Source of the DNA: Octopus vulgaris
Lineage: Eukaryota
Direction: 5' to 3'
Assembly (NCBI GenBank): GCA_951406725.2
Contig: OX597821.1
Span: 48,918,001 to 48,982,000 of the forward strand
DNA length: 64,000 nt
Position numbers and translations under genes: made by a program. The notes under the pieces were generated by a model. It saw only the letters and a program-made list of their open reading frames with translations, was not told the DNA's origin and did not search any database. How positions within the stretch are numbered: the stretch's first letter is position 1; every line of letters begins with the position of its first letter. Below are positions 26,748-43,688 of this stretch, one piece after another.

Positions 26748-27444
26748 ATGCGTATTTATGTGTGTGTGACTGTTTGTTACACTCGCCGTCGCTTGACAAC
26801 CGATGCTGGTGTGTTTATATCCCCGTAATTTCGAGAAAAGGGACCGATAGAATAAATATTAGGCTTACAAAGAATAAGTCCTGGGTCTATTTGTTCCAGT
26901 ATGAACGCAGTCAAATGACTGAAACAAGTAAATGAATAAAAGAATAGTTCTCTGCAGCTGTGGCTAATTAGGAACTGTTTATCTAGTAGGCTTAATTGAC
27001 TGAATGTTAATGGGAAAGAAATGTGTGTAATCTTACGGGACCGGTTTTTAGAAGAAGAGATTACTTTCGGACCTATTATGAAGCCATATCAGGTCCCACT
27101 GCCTAGTATAACAAGTCTATTTGCAAAACAAAATCTTAACAAGCGAAACTTAAATATGCTAAGCAAAAATGGAATCATAGAGAGGATACGTCACTTTGAC
27201 ATTTGCCACTTGGTTGATATAAGGGAAGTAACTCAGTATATTAGAGGAAAATTATCTTCACATGACTAACAGGCTAACATTTCCATAATGACTACTTGGG
27301 GATTGTATGTATTGTAGATGTCTTGGTTTGTTATTAATATATTTCTTGATGATATTATGTAATTCATGATGCAGACTATATTAAATCATATCCTTTACTG
27401 TGCTTTGTATTCAGTTTTCTCTCCATGTTTCTTGAAATTCACAT

Positions 27445-27490
<46 letters not shown>

Positions 27491-27527
27491 ATACATTAAA
27501 ACGATCAATGTTTAAAAATATTTACAG

Positions 27528-27703
27528 ATGTTACAGTCCAGTAGGCCGCCGTGGAGGTCCACAAGATGTGTCTATTGGAAATGGTTGTGAAAGCCAAGGT
27601 ACCATTATACATGAATTAATGCATGCCCTCGGCTTCTGGCATGAACATACGCGACCCGACAGAGACCTTTACATTACCATCATCAAAGAAAATATTGCAG
27701 AAT
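27528..27703 (+). CDS. Astacin catalytic exon with zinc-binding motif [19 protein letters not shown]
   Basis: tttacag acceptor and GTAAGT donor, phase 2->1. GCYSxVG and HExxHxxGxxHExxRxDRD astacin signature. Confidence 0.97.
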
Positions 27704-28479
27704 GTAAGTATACAAATGTTTCATTTCGGTGTTAACCCTGGAGTTTACACTATTAAGCTCATCCATGGGACTGGGCTGTCAGACAGATGTTAATCCGACG
27801 GTTGTATATTACATAGCAAACACGTCTACAAATCCACAAAAGTTCACAGAGTTCTCGCAATCATAACCAAGGAGAATGGAGAGAGCAAGTCTTTTTATTT
27901 CATTCATTTACAGTTGTTTCCAAGAACGTCTATGTCAAAAGCATTACTATATTACTATGTCACAATAAATGCAACCATTGATACATTAGGCGTCATAGAT
28001 ACAAAACCAAAGATGGATTCGTCGGGATCATGCATAAAATTATATGCAGTAGAAATCTGAAATAACGATAATTAATACCTATATCGAGTTGGATTTGTTT
28101 AAATGGTAACATTTACATATTACAAGTCAAACAAAACAAAACAAACTTTAGTTGACCGGTCAAGAAGAAGGATGAATTAAAAAAATGAAGGAATGAAAGC
28201 ATAAAGAACAGAAGTTTCTGTTTTAAAACAATATAAATAATTATAGTCTAGTCTTGTCAACAGTTTCTGTCTTAAAGTTACTTAGTAGTCTTTTTGCCTG
28301 TCACTTTGTGGCAGTCAGCCTTAAACTAGTAACATGAGGTTTAGAAAATATTTACCATAGAATCAGCGGTTTACGCACACATCAGCGTTTACACACACGC
28401 CCGCACCGCCAGATCCTGACGGCTAAAGATTGATATTTCATTGATATTTAGTGAATGTCCTACTTATCAACAAGAAAAT

Positions 28480-28626
28480 AATTTACATTATTTACATTTG
28501 AAAGATATTTGTCCTCATCTTGTTTGTTGTTAACACAACGTTTCAGCTTATATACTCTCCAGTCTTCATTAGGTGACTTGGGGAAATTTCGAATCTGGGT
28601 TCTAATTCCTACGGTATTTTTCGATG

Positions 28627-28679
<53 letters not shown>

Positions 28680-28765
28680 TAGGTCACTGCTTGGAATCGA
28701 ACTCGGAATCTTGGGATTAGTAGCCCACGCTCATAACTACTACGTCATATGCCCGTGGGCATATG
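28480..28765 (-). mobile_element. tRNA-headed SINE-like element with (AAT)n linker and hammerhead-containing tail
   Basis: Head ATGACGTAGTAGTTATGAGCG...GAGTTCGATTCCAAGCAGTGACC, then (AAT)n, then GTCAC-CTAATGA-AGACTGG...TAAGCT-GAAAC-GTT-GTGTT. Confidence 0.65.
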
Positions 28766-28959
28766 TTTCGTTATATGTAAGAGGTGGGCTTTTCGAATAG
28801 CATCTCAGTACACATGTATATTCAGAATAATTCAGCACTGCATTTATTCCGGTTAAATGATTTTTTTAAAGAGTTCGGTTCAAGAGCCGAATCTGTTTTT
28901 AAGAGTTCGGTTCAAGATTTGCATTTCCTCGCGTCCGGTACACTGTATTCATTATGGTA

Positions 28960-29289
28960 GTTTTGACCTACTTGTTAGATTCTTATAAAGATTTTATCCT
29001 ATTTTTAAATTTTAAATTTACTATGCAAATGAAAATATACATTTATAAACTACATCGTGTAAATTACATTTATTATTAACTTTACATTTATTTTTAACTC
29101 TACACGTACAATCAATTAGAACGTTATCTTTATTGTTACTATTATTGGAATCATTATTAAATTTCTTTTATAAAATTTATTCAACTTAAATTTACTAAAA
29201 GAAGAAATAATGTTACCTACATCATTAGTGGTAGAATAAATATATAATATAATCAATTAATGAATATAGATTAAAAGATTGTAATTTTA

Positions 29290-29347
<58 letters not shown>

Positions 29348-29355
29348 CATCATCA

Positions 29356-29427
<72 letters not shown>

Positions 29428-29712
29428 GTATTGAAATTTTTTAGTTCATAATATATCTTCGGAAAGATAAGTATACAATTTATTTAAGAAATAATAATGT
29501 AGTTTATATAAGAGTATTGATTGATAAATATGCATTTCTAATTTTTTTTATTTGTTAATGATACTTTAGATATGTACATTTATTTAATTATTCTTATTAT
29601 TATAATTATTATATGTGAACTAAGATAGAAAAGTATTAGTCTGGTTACTTTGTGAATTAGATTGTAAAATTTCTTAGTATAGGTAGTTTTTTTATATTTT
29701 GTACTATTGAAT

Positions 29713-29782
<70 letters not shown>

Positions 29783-30690
29783 CGCAAATAATTTTATAAA
29801 CGATAAGTAATACGTTTTTAGTTTGGGAATTTTTTATTTCATAAATATTTTCGGAATGATAAGTATAATATTTATTTAAGAAATAATGGAGTAATTTATT
29901 TATTTATATGTTTATTGATTGAAAAAATATGGATTTCTGATTGCTATATTTGTTCATTATAATTTACAAACTTACATTTATTCAAATTTATTATTTTATA
30001 ATTATTACATGTGAACAAAAATCTAAAAGTATTAAGTGTGATTGTTTTGTAAAATAGTTTGTAACGTAAAATATTAGAGTATCGCTAATGAAAAGATATT
30101 CTATAATTTGTTAATGTTATTCTCAAAGCTAAATTATATCTTCACAGATAAATACTTTTTTTCTGTCTATTTACTTTATGTTTTTACCTTAGGTTTTCAA
30201 CATGATAAATGTATTATAGACACCTGGTCCTACGTTTTAAGTTTCAAATTTTTGTCAGCGGAGTTTCTTCTATAAGAACAATCATGATTTTATTTCTTTA
30301 AGAAATATTATTTCTTTACGAAATATTGTTTAATTCTATTTGATTATTTAACTATTATTGTTTTTATTGTTGACCTGAGGAGTGACTATACTTTTAAATT
30401 GAATTGTTTTTCGATTAAATTAAAATTTAATTGTAATTCCAATTGAAGTTATAGCCGCGAAACGTACGTAGTCTTTTTACTCATTATATATTGTTTATTC
30501 ATTTTTTTGTACGTTTTCTGATCTAGTCATGTTTTATAATATATTTTATTTTTTCTTTATAATTTGGTTTCTGTCTATCATTGTTTGAATTACATACTAG
30601 TGGTTTTTCTCTAATTTATATATAATATATATTTATATTGTGAAATTTGATTTAATACTAAATTGAATATTTCCCTGTAAGTTTGGAGTT
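28960..30690. mobile_element. AT-rich PLE copy with internal inversion (28960-29220 in - orientation, 29230-30690 in + orientation)
   Basis: The first segment matches 40330-40600 directly. The second matches 38425-39780 as reverse complement. Confidence 0.75.
30372..30473 (+). ncRNA. Type-I hammerhead ribozyme with 77-nt stem II region
   Basis: GAC-CUGAGGA-GUGACUAUA...UAUAGCCGC-GAAAC-GUAC-GUA|GUC. Predicted cleavage after 30470. Confidence 0.72.
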
Positions 30691-30709
30691 ATACTCCCTA
30701 ATATATATG

Positions 30710-30770
<61 letters not shown>

Positions 30771-30771
30771 G

Positions 30772-30863
<92 letters not shown>

Positions 30864-31028
30864 ATATCTGAGATCGTGCGCTGAAAGAAAGACAATTGCA
30901 GTATGGAAGGTGTTTATAAAACATTTAAAAACACACGAAAACTGTTAGACTCACTTCAGCGTTTAAATTTCATTTGTCAATATATTTTCGTCGCTTTGAG
31001 ACCACGGTCTATTCACATATGTGTATAG

Positions 31029-33900
<2,872 letters not shown>

Positions 33901-33930
33901 GTTGCATAACCTCTAACTTATATCTTACTT

Positions 33931-34780
<850 letters not shown>

Positions 34781-34865
34781 ATATATATATATATATATAT
34801 TGGTAAAAACGATGAGATAACAAAAGAAAGAAAGAGACCTCAATATTATGTAAATAGAGGAAATT

Positions 34866-34960
34866 TATCTGTAAATTAATATGTTACCATTATACAATAG
34901 TCAACATAAACTCAGAGTTTTATCTTGACTATTGTATAATGGTAGCATATTAATTTACAG

Positions 34961-34963
<3 letters not shown>
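34866..34963. repeat. Near-perfect ~98-bp palindrome
   Basis: 39-bp arms 34866-34904 / 34925-34963 with one G-T pair, plus further pairing inside the loop. Confidence 0.9.
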
Positions 34964-35055
<92 letters not shown>

Positions 35056-35126
35056 TAGATATGTATATATATACAACACTTACACACACACACACACATA
35101 TATATGTATATGTATATGTATATGTA

Positions 35127-36409
35127 CAGGGTGGGGAAGCAAAATCTACAATATTTTGAGGCAAGGATTGAAAGACAGTGTATGACCAATTTGTTTATTG
35201 AAAGTCATGAGAATTTATTTGCCACAAGACAATTTACATAATAGAAAATATTTTTATTCTATGTGTCCTTCTTTCTCAATAACTGCCTTCACACGCTTCC
35301 TGAAACTTGCACAGGCGTTCCTCAAATATTTGGTAGACAACTTCCCCCATTCTTTAATAGTATCTTTAAGAGAGTCGACATTGCTGTGTGATGTTCTATT
35401 GGTAGCATGTTCTAAAACGCTCCAAATAGCATAATCCAGAGGGTTTAGATCTGGGTTAGAAGGTGGCCATAAACATGATTCCAAAAAATTGTTAAGGTTG
35501 GATTTGCAGAAATCTTGTATTTTTCTAGCTGTGTGGGCTGGTGCACCATCCTGTTTCCATACATAATTACCATCTGGGTAGATTGCTTTAAGCTATGGCA
35601 ATACCTGGTATTTCAATGTCTTGTAGTAAGTATTAACATTGATCTTTTCCTCAGCTTTGTAGAATTTTATAGGCCTTTTCTTTCCATCGGAAGCCAACAA
35701 CACCAAAAGCCATAACTTGAGCAGCATTTTTTTTAATGTCCCCTTAACCTCTGCTGTTGATTTTGTGCTAAATCTGTCATTTCTGCAGTTCAGAACAGCA
35801 TCGACAGTGAAGATCTTTTCATCTGAAAAGATCGTTACAATGGAGAACTTTTTTTCTTGAACCATGTAATAATTTTCTTGCACCTCTCCAATCTCTTTTC
35901 CTTCATAGCTGTTGTCAACAAGTGTTTTGGTGTTCTTGTGTAAGATTTTAACCTCAAATCATATTTTACAGCATTTCTAATGGTCTTTTTGTCTACCTCA
36001 AGTTCAGTTACCATTTTTCTCATGGATTCGGTTGGATCCTTTAGGATTTTGGATTTGAGAGCTTTAATAAAAGCTTTGGTACGTTTTTTGTTGATTCCTC
36101 AACTTCCAGACTTCCTCGTAATAGTTTTGCTCATAGTCATTCTATTCTTTACATTATAAATAGTCTTTATGGACACTCCAACTATTTTTGAAATCTCCTT
36201 TGGTGTGACGAGTGCATTCAGCAAATCACACACTCTTTGATGTTTGCTTTCCTGATTAATCATATGGGCAAAAGTTTCTGAAAAGGTAAGGATAATAGTG
36301 TTAGGAATGATTAGGACATCAATATATGCTAGGTTTCAAAACAATTGACTTAGTACCTGCTAAGAAAGAACAACTTAACTTTCATTGAAAATTTCGCTTC
36401 CCCACCCTG
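35127..36409 (-). mobile_element. Full-length, frameshifted Tc1/mariner DD37D (maT) transposon
   Basis: TIRs CAGGGTGGGGAAGC(A/G)AAAT flanked by TA. IFSDEKIFTVD, QDGAPAHT and WPPSNPDLNPLD motifs, with 37 aa between the 2nd and 3rd D. Confidence 0.92.
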
Positions 36410-36442
<33 letters not shown>

Positions 36443-36457
36443 GTATATATATGTATA

Positions 36458-36496
<39 letters not shown>

Positions 36497-36499
36497 TTG

Positions 36500-37260
36500 T
36501 ATTTATTCACTGTACAAATAACACGGAAAAAATAAATAAATAGTTTCTAGGGTAGCAAAAATTTCACATAAGTACGAAGGATGTTACAGCCTATTTAAAA
36601 GGTAGAAATTCCAGCGTTTAGTGAAATGATTTTGTATAACAGATAAATAAAGAAATGGCGTTAAACGTAGGTGTTATCAAATCTTTATACTTCCAACATA
36701 TGTTTCGAAGAAATCATTGGTTTTATTCCAGGGGGAATAAAGTGATGTAAAATAATGCAATCTTCTTATCAAGGAAAAAAGAGAAACGACATCACTAAGC
36801 CATTTTAACCGAATGTGATGACTGCGTATATGATGAAGGGAACGCTGGCAAGTTACTTTTAAAAAAAAACGTTAATAGATTTAACGTCAAATGCAATTTA
36901 GCGAAAGAGGAGGAGAAAGAAAAAATAGCAGAAGACCAAGAGTGGAGAAATGTAGTGCGATAGATGAATGGGAATAAAGCTTTAAATCGCTGAAATAGAT
37001 ATATTTAGTGGAAATGAGATGTAAGAAGACAGTTAAAGGTCGAATTTTATAGATTGGTAGAAATTACTTATAGGAACTAAAGATATGTTTTTGCCAATGT
37101 CTGCAAGGATAAATGTGTTTACAAGAGAATTCTCTGAGAACAGAATGAGATAGTGTTCTTCGATACAGAGCGGAGGAAGAGATTTGCCTTTATGATATGG
37201 AAAGGACCTAGATAGAATATTCCATTCCAAATCAAATTGTTTATTATGTGCCTACATAAT
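36500..37260 (-). mobile_element. PLE 3' end (GIY-YIG C-terminus and pLTR)
   Basis: WNILSRSFPYHKGKSLPPLCIEEHYLIL. pLTR relatives at ~10490-10600, 26450-26700 and 47565-48110. Confidence 0.7.
36691..36776 (-). ncRNA. Hammerhead motif with U3-A8 core variant and long stem II
   Basis: UUCC-UUGAUAA-GAAGA...~50 nt...UCUUC-GAAAC-AUAU-GUU|GGAA. Confidence 0.6.
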
Positions 37261-37789
37261 AAATGAGTTTGACATTTTTGGAATATAATTACTCATCACA
37301 TTCCCTTTACATTACTATATCTTACAGTACCTTTGTACATTTTTTTCTTTAACGTTTCCTTCTCACAATAACATGACCCAACATATATAGGGCTATCACA
37401 TTATCTATCTCTCCTGACACCTTTTTTCTCTCCACATGTTTCGATAAAAGAAATTATATCTTTCCTTAGTATGTAATATACCTATAAATTTTTGTATGCT
37501 ATTTTATTTACATAATGTGTCTATGTACCCCCCTTTTTGCACTTCTTTTTCTCCCTCCCTTCTCAACATACCCATTCCAAATATTACTGTTATTTTTATT
37601 TGTTACTATACCTTATACTTACGTATATTTTACTGCTCACATATGCACACATGTATACACATTTAGTACTTCATAGTTACACCCATGTATGCACATCTAG
37701 GTATGGATCTTATATGTTATCTATGTGTGAATATCTATAGATATGTGTTTCATTTTTATATGTAGGTAATGACACGTATATTGCAAACT

Positions 37790-38050
37790 TCTATTGATGT
37801 GTTGTTCCTGCTGGAATTGATTAATTTCATTTTTGGTGTTTAACTGCACCAGAGCAAACACTACAGCCGCAGATCCCTTAATGAACATATTTGCAGCTAC
37901 ATTTGAAGGACTTCACAAAATTACACACGATTTATATGTGCCTTAAATGTCTGGGTCATGAGTGGCCAGTAGGGAGCTACCCATCCCTTGTTAATTTCAT
38001 CTTATCCAACCAATGTAAGCCTCCAAAATCTGTCATCTTGCTAGTTCATT
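37790..38050 (-). mobile_element. Helitron Rep fragment (degenerate)
   Basis: Manual translation EINKGWVAPYWPLMTQTFKAHIN...CKYVHxGS..VF......NEINQFQ resembles RepHel WVVPYxPxLxxxFxAHINVE...KYVxKG...DEI. Confidence 0.7.
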
Positions 38051-38355
38051 TCTAGAGACAGAGGAAGGGGATCAGAGATATAAAAAAAGGTGTATTACAA
38101 GAGAAGAGAGATGAATAAAAGTGAAAGTACATGAAAACTGAAAAGGAGCAGAGGAGGACTAAAAATACAAACAATACAGAAAGTGAGAAGAAAAGGAAAG
38201 AGAAAGACTGGAAGTAGAAAATAAACTCAGTGAAAATAAAACTCAGTTTTAGCAATCTGATTGCAGGTAGACGTAAATACTATCCCTTTCTCTATCCCTG
38301 TCTCTATCTATCTATCTGTCGATCTATCTATCAACCTATCTACCTACCTACATAC

Positions 38356-38421
<66 letters not shown>

Positions 38422-38424
38422 GTA

Positions 38425-40600
38425 TGGTATTAAAGAGTATAACTCCAATTTAGTTTTAAATCAAATTTCACAATATGAATATATAAAATATAAATTAGAG
38501 ATAAAACCACTATTATACAATTCAAACAATGATAGACATAAGCCAAAAATATAAATAACAAATAAAATATATTTTTATAAAACATATAACTAGATCACAA
38601 AAAGTATAAAAATTAAAAATCAATATATAAGTAAAAATAACTACGTACGTTTCATGGCTATAATTAAATTCGAATTACAATTAAATTTAAATTTAATTGA
38701 AATAAATTCAATTTAAAATTATAGTCAATCTTCAGGTTAAGAATATTAGTTAAATAAATAGAGTTAAACAATTATTATTAAAAAAATAAATAAAATAATA
38801 ATTTTCTTATAGAAGAAACTCCATTAACTAAATTTGAAACTTAAAACATTAGGATCAGATTTCTACAATACATTTATTATGTTAAATATTTAAGGTAAAA
38901 AATAGAGTAAATAGATAGAAAAATGTATTTATCTGCGAAGATATATTTAGCTTAAAAAACATTAATAAACTATAGAATATCTTTACTCTAGTTATACTCC
39001 AATATTTAATTACCAAATTATTTAACAACAATCAATATTTTAAGATTTTAGTTCGCATATAATAATCGAAATTAAAAACGTATAACCTATCTTTACAAAA
39101 TACTTATTATTATTATTATTAAAATATTTTTACGATCTAGATCGCAAAGTGACTAACTAATATCTTAAAATTTACGTTCAGATATATTAATTATAAACTA
39201 ATAATAATTAAATAAATGTACATTTCTAAATTATCATTAACAAATAAAAAATTATAAATTCATACTTAACAATCAATAGTTATATAGAGTACAATAATAT
39301 TTCTTAAATAAAAAGTTTACTTATCTCTCAAAAAGCGTATCATTAACTAACAAAATTCAAAACAGAAACGTTTTATTAAGTGTTTATAAAAACTCGTTGA
39401 ATTACATTGTTTACAGAAATAGAACAAACAGATGGAAATATACATTTTATCAATGAAAACTACGAATATATTTTAGCTTTAATAGATAAATAGAATAAAG
39501 TCACTAATAGAGAATAGAATCACTATAAACTATAATATCTTTCACTAGAAAACTAAAATTTAGAATTAACTACAATAAATTACACTCAAAATCTCCATAA
39601 ATTAAAATAATTTATATAACTACTGTTTACTGTATATTCTCTAATAATCTTATACAAATTTAGACATGTAATAAGTATAATAATAATAATAAAAATATCA
39701 ACCACAAAAATAACAACAAAAAAATAATGAAATAACTATCTTTTAATCTATATTCATTAAATAAATTATATATCTAGTAATTAAATAAACATCTAAATAT
39801 AATCTCACTCTAAGTATTTAAAAAACCTTTACTAACTCTTATTGACTAATATTCAAAACACCCTACAAAAGTACAATCACATCACTATTATAATTAATTA
39901 ATTTATTTATTTATTTAATAATAGATATTAATTTAGACTTAATAAATTATGTTATATACAATATATAATCACATGCTAAATTATAGAATTAATATTAGTA
40001 CAAATTATAACTACAAATTAGAAACAAAAATAGGGTTTAAATATAGTCGCTATTTATCTAAAAATTTATTATATAAGTGAAGTAATTTGTGTCTACATTT
40101 AATTTTATTCTTGTCCAATGTATTAACTAATTTATTATGATTATTAAATATTATTTCTTTAAATTCACAAGAACATAAAAAACAGGAATTACTACCTATA
40201 CTATATGATTTCGCCTTGCGAATTATCTTCCACTTTAAATTATACTTAATTCGTTGGGATTTATGTTCCCATATGTATTTGCTAAACCCAGTAGAGTTCA
40301 TAAGATTTCTATTCTTAAAGGAATGCATATGCTGAGGTACTCTTAATTTAATTTTAGAAAAGTAGACCCTATATAGATAGCGTTTAATTTATTATTATTC
40401 CTATTATTCTCATCAATTAAAGTAACGATACATTTATAAACAACATGTAAATTACATTTATTATTAAATTTAAAATTATTTTTATCTCTACATATACAAT
40501 CTATGAGTACGTTATCTCTATTATTATTGGTATGATTATAAAATTTCGTTTTATGAAAATTATTCAACTTAAATTTGTTAAAAGAAGAAATAATGATACC
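38425..40600 (-). mobile_element. PLE 3' half: GIY-YIG endonuclease, long AT-rich 3' region and pLTR
   Basis: ORFs 40343..40567 (CICRDK...VVYKC...IYIGST) and 40050..40328 (STGFSKYIWE...CFLC...CRHK). Confidence 0.85.
38638..38739 (-). ncRNA. Type-I hammerhead ribozyme with 75-nt stem II region (paralog of 30372-30473)
   Basis: UAAC-CUGAAGA-UUGACUAUAAUU...AAUUAUAGCCAU-GAAAC-GUAC-GUA|GUUA. Confidence 0.72.
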
Positions 40601-41221
40601 TCAAATTTTGCCAAAAGCTTGGCGGTACCTGCTCAGAGGGCCACGCAAAGTTTTAGATAAGTTTTCATTGTTCTCGACACAATTAACGAGATATTTTCGG
40701 TCAGCTGAAAGCAGTTTTGGCACAAACTTGGCAGACACGCGTCTCATACACAAATCTTCAATGATAATGGAGTGAACTGAACTATTCTGCATATTCTCTG
40801 AAAACCCACGAATGGTGATCCGACGATTTCCCTCACAGCTACACGCACATCTGCGATGTTTTGCTCAGTTCTGCTGGTTGCGGGTCTCCGAAAATGTTCG
40901 TCATTATCGACATTTTTTCGGCCATCTTGAAAACGTCTGAACCACTCGTTCATACACTCCTCTCCATACACTTTCAGCAATTTTGCGCTGGTCTCTGAGC
41001 AGGTATCGCGATAACAACTTTCTCTATCATGGTCAATGCGACAGTCAGACGTTACACACCTTCCTTCGAAGCTGTAAACAACGGAAGTGAGCTAGAGCGT
41101 CAAAACTTAATGTGCATGCCCAACAGAGTTCAAGGTTGATCTCTGCAAAGCGGCTTTACTCTACGTGTTTTAGCTTCGTTACTATGGCACCAATCCGGAT
41201 AAGTATTGATCAGACCTCATA
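40600..41221 (-). mobile_element. Mariner 5' fragment
   Basis: MLKVYGE..EWFRRF..GR..V.D..R..RP and LCMRRVSAKFVPKLL. TIR TA-TGAGGTCTGATCAA at ~41221. Confidence 0.82.
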
Positions 41222-41284
41222 TAGATACATATAAACATATATATATATATATATATAAATACACACACACACACACACACACTC

Positions 41285-41341
<57 letters not shown>

Positions 41342-41467
41342 GGGTATGAAAGGTATTGGTGTCAGGAAGACCCAAAATGTATCAGATAAATGGTAAGTAA
41401 GTGCTATGGATAGGCTCTGATTAAGCTCCAGGCACGATAATGATACGAGTGAGATATATATATACAC

Positions 41468-41544
<77 letters not shown>

Positions 41545-41569
41545 CATATATATATACATATATAAAGAG

Positions 41570-42410
41570 AATTCACAAAAAAGAAACGAAAGACGAAGAC
41601 AGGTGGTGTAGACAATAAACAGATGTATTAGTTTAACGCCCGGGAAGTGAAAAAGTATTTAACGTTTCGAGCCTACGTTCTTCCACAGAAAGGAATACAG
41701 AAAGAAACAAGGAGAGAAAATAAAGAATGTGTACATGGTGAATACTGGACAGAATGGTCGCACAGCAGTGCTAGGAAGAAGGGGAGATAATAAAGTAGTG
41801 ATGATCCCAAAACGAAGGTGCGCGTACGTATGCATAAGAGAGCATGTATGTGTGTGTGGAAGAGGGCTGGTGATCTTGACGTGTGCGTGTGTGCATATGT
41901 AAGTGTGTGGATGATGATGTGGGGCTGGGAAGTGGTCAGTGCTTGTGTGTACGTGGTGGTGTGATGTGATGTGGGGTTGTGTGGTATGGTGGTGTATGGT
42001 GTGGTGTGGTGGTGTTGGGATGTGGAGGAGGCGAGAAGGAGAAAGCAAGAGTAGGGTAAGGGTTAGGCTGAAGGTGGGGTATATGGAGGTGGATGTAAAA
42101 TATGGGGAGGGGTGGGATTGGATGGACAGGGAAGGTAGGGTTGGATTGCGTAGGGTGGGGTTACGAGGGAGGGGTGACGATGAAGGGAAAGGGGGAAGGG
42201 AGAACGAGGGTAACAGTGAAGAGAAGAGAGAAGGAGAGTAGGAATGAAGAGAAGTAGGAGTCGGAGCAACAGAGGAGGGTTGGGTGGGAGGAATTAGGTG
42301 TGAGAAGAAGAGAGGAAAGGGGAAGAGGGTTAGATGAAGCGGGGAGGAGAGTTGAGCTCATGTGGCGCAAAGGAGCGAAGAGAGAAGATTAATCCCTGTT
42401 CTTTCTTTCT
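41570..42410 (-). mobile_element. PLE 3' fragment with hammerhead-like motif at 41658-41691
   Basis: EQGLIFSLRSFAPHELN endonuclease end. Same family as the 55-57 kb PLE. Confidence 0.75.
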
Positions 42411-42788
42411 TGGTCTAACCTTTGTCCGTGCAACATCGATAATCTTCCCTGTGTTTGTGAAATTCATGTATCTCAGCCGTAAGACTTCATTTCCACACTG
42501 ACCAGCTGAATTCAATTCGTCCTTAGTCGAAAGACACCTGTTGTTATGTCCTGTTATTATTTTTATTGTATTTATATTTGTGTAACTTTGTCCGTGTTTT
42601 CCGTCCAAAGAATCTAATGCTCTTAGCTTAGTTTTACCTTGGAGCTGGCCAGATTGGAGCTATCTCAAGAATAATTAGCCAAAATTGCTTGCCTGAGGAA
42701 AGAAAAACTTCGAATGACCTGTCCTTGTTTTCTTTGTATCGTCTATCTGGATGTTTTGTTGTCCCTTTTTGTAACACCTAGCTGTCCG

Positions 42789-42825
<37 letters not shown>

Positions 42826-42827
<2 letters not shown>

Positions 42828-42926
42828 CCTGAACAGGATAAGCTACCCCTATTTTGCAGAAAAAAGTGTAGCTGGCCGCCAACATTCTTTTTCGCAAAAT
42901 AGGGGTTGCTTATCTACTTCAGGCTA
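42826..42926. repeat. ~100-bp imperfect palindrome from a repeat tail
   Basis: TAGCCTGAACAGGATAAGCTACCCCTATTTTGC ... GCAAAATAGGGGTTGCTTATCTACTTCAGGCTA. A related arm lies at ~61480-61530. Confidence 0.75.
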
Positions 42927-43039
42927 TAATATTAGCATTATCCTGCGTTTGAGAGTTTTAAATCACTTCTTTAACTTTCTAACACATCTCAACGTTTCAA
43001 AAGCAAACTTTGTTTATGTTCATCGTAATTTGAATTTAA

Positions 43040-43089
<50 letters not shown>

Positions 43090-43649
43090 CAAATATAGCG
43101 GTGTACGTACACGTTGGTCTCTTATATGTAAGTATACATTTATCTAAATCTTGTACGACTCTATTCTTTTATTCTTTCTCGCACCTCCTTATTTCTTCTG
43201 TCATTCTGCCTCTACCTCTCTCTCTTCTCTCCCCACGTGATCGGCGTTTGGCCAAGCCTGACCTTTCTTTCTTCGTTCGGCCGACGTCTGTGCAACATCT
43301 ACATTCCTTCCCGTACCCGTGAAACCCTGTGTCCCTGCCGTAAAGCTTTACTTCCACACACGCCAGCTTAATTTAATTTGTCCTTAGTCGAAAGACACCT
43401 GTTGTTATGTCCTGTTATTTGTATTTGTGTAACATTCTCAGTTTTTTACCGTCCTTGTTTCCATTCGCTGCTTTCTTCCAAGGAATCTAATGCTCTTAGC
43501 TTAGTTTTCCTTGGGGCTGGCCAGATTGGAGCAACCTCGAGTATAACCAGCAGAAATTGTATCGTCTAACTGGATGTTTTGTTGTCCCTTTTTTGTATCA
43601 CCTAACTGTCTGGATGTTTTGCGTTCATGTCCTATTTTGTATTATATAT

Positions 43650-43688
<39 letters not shown>

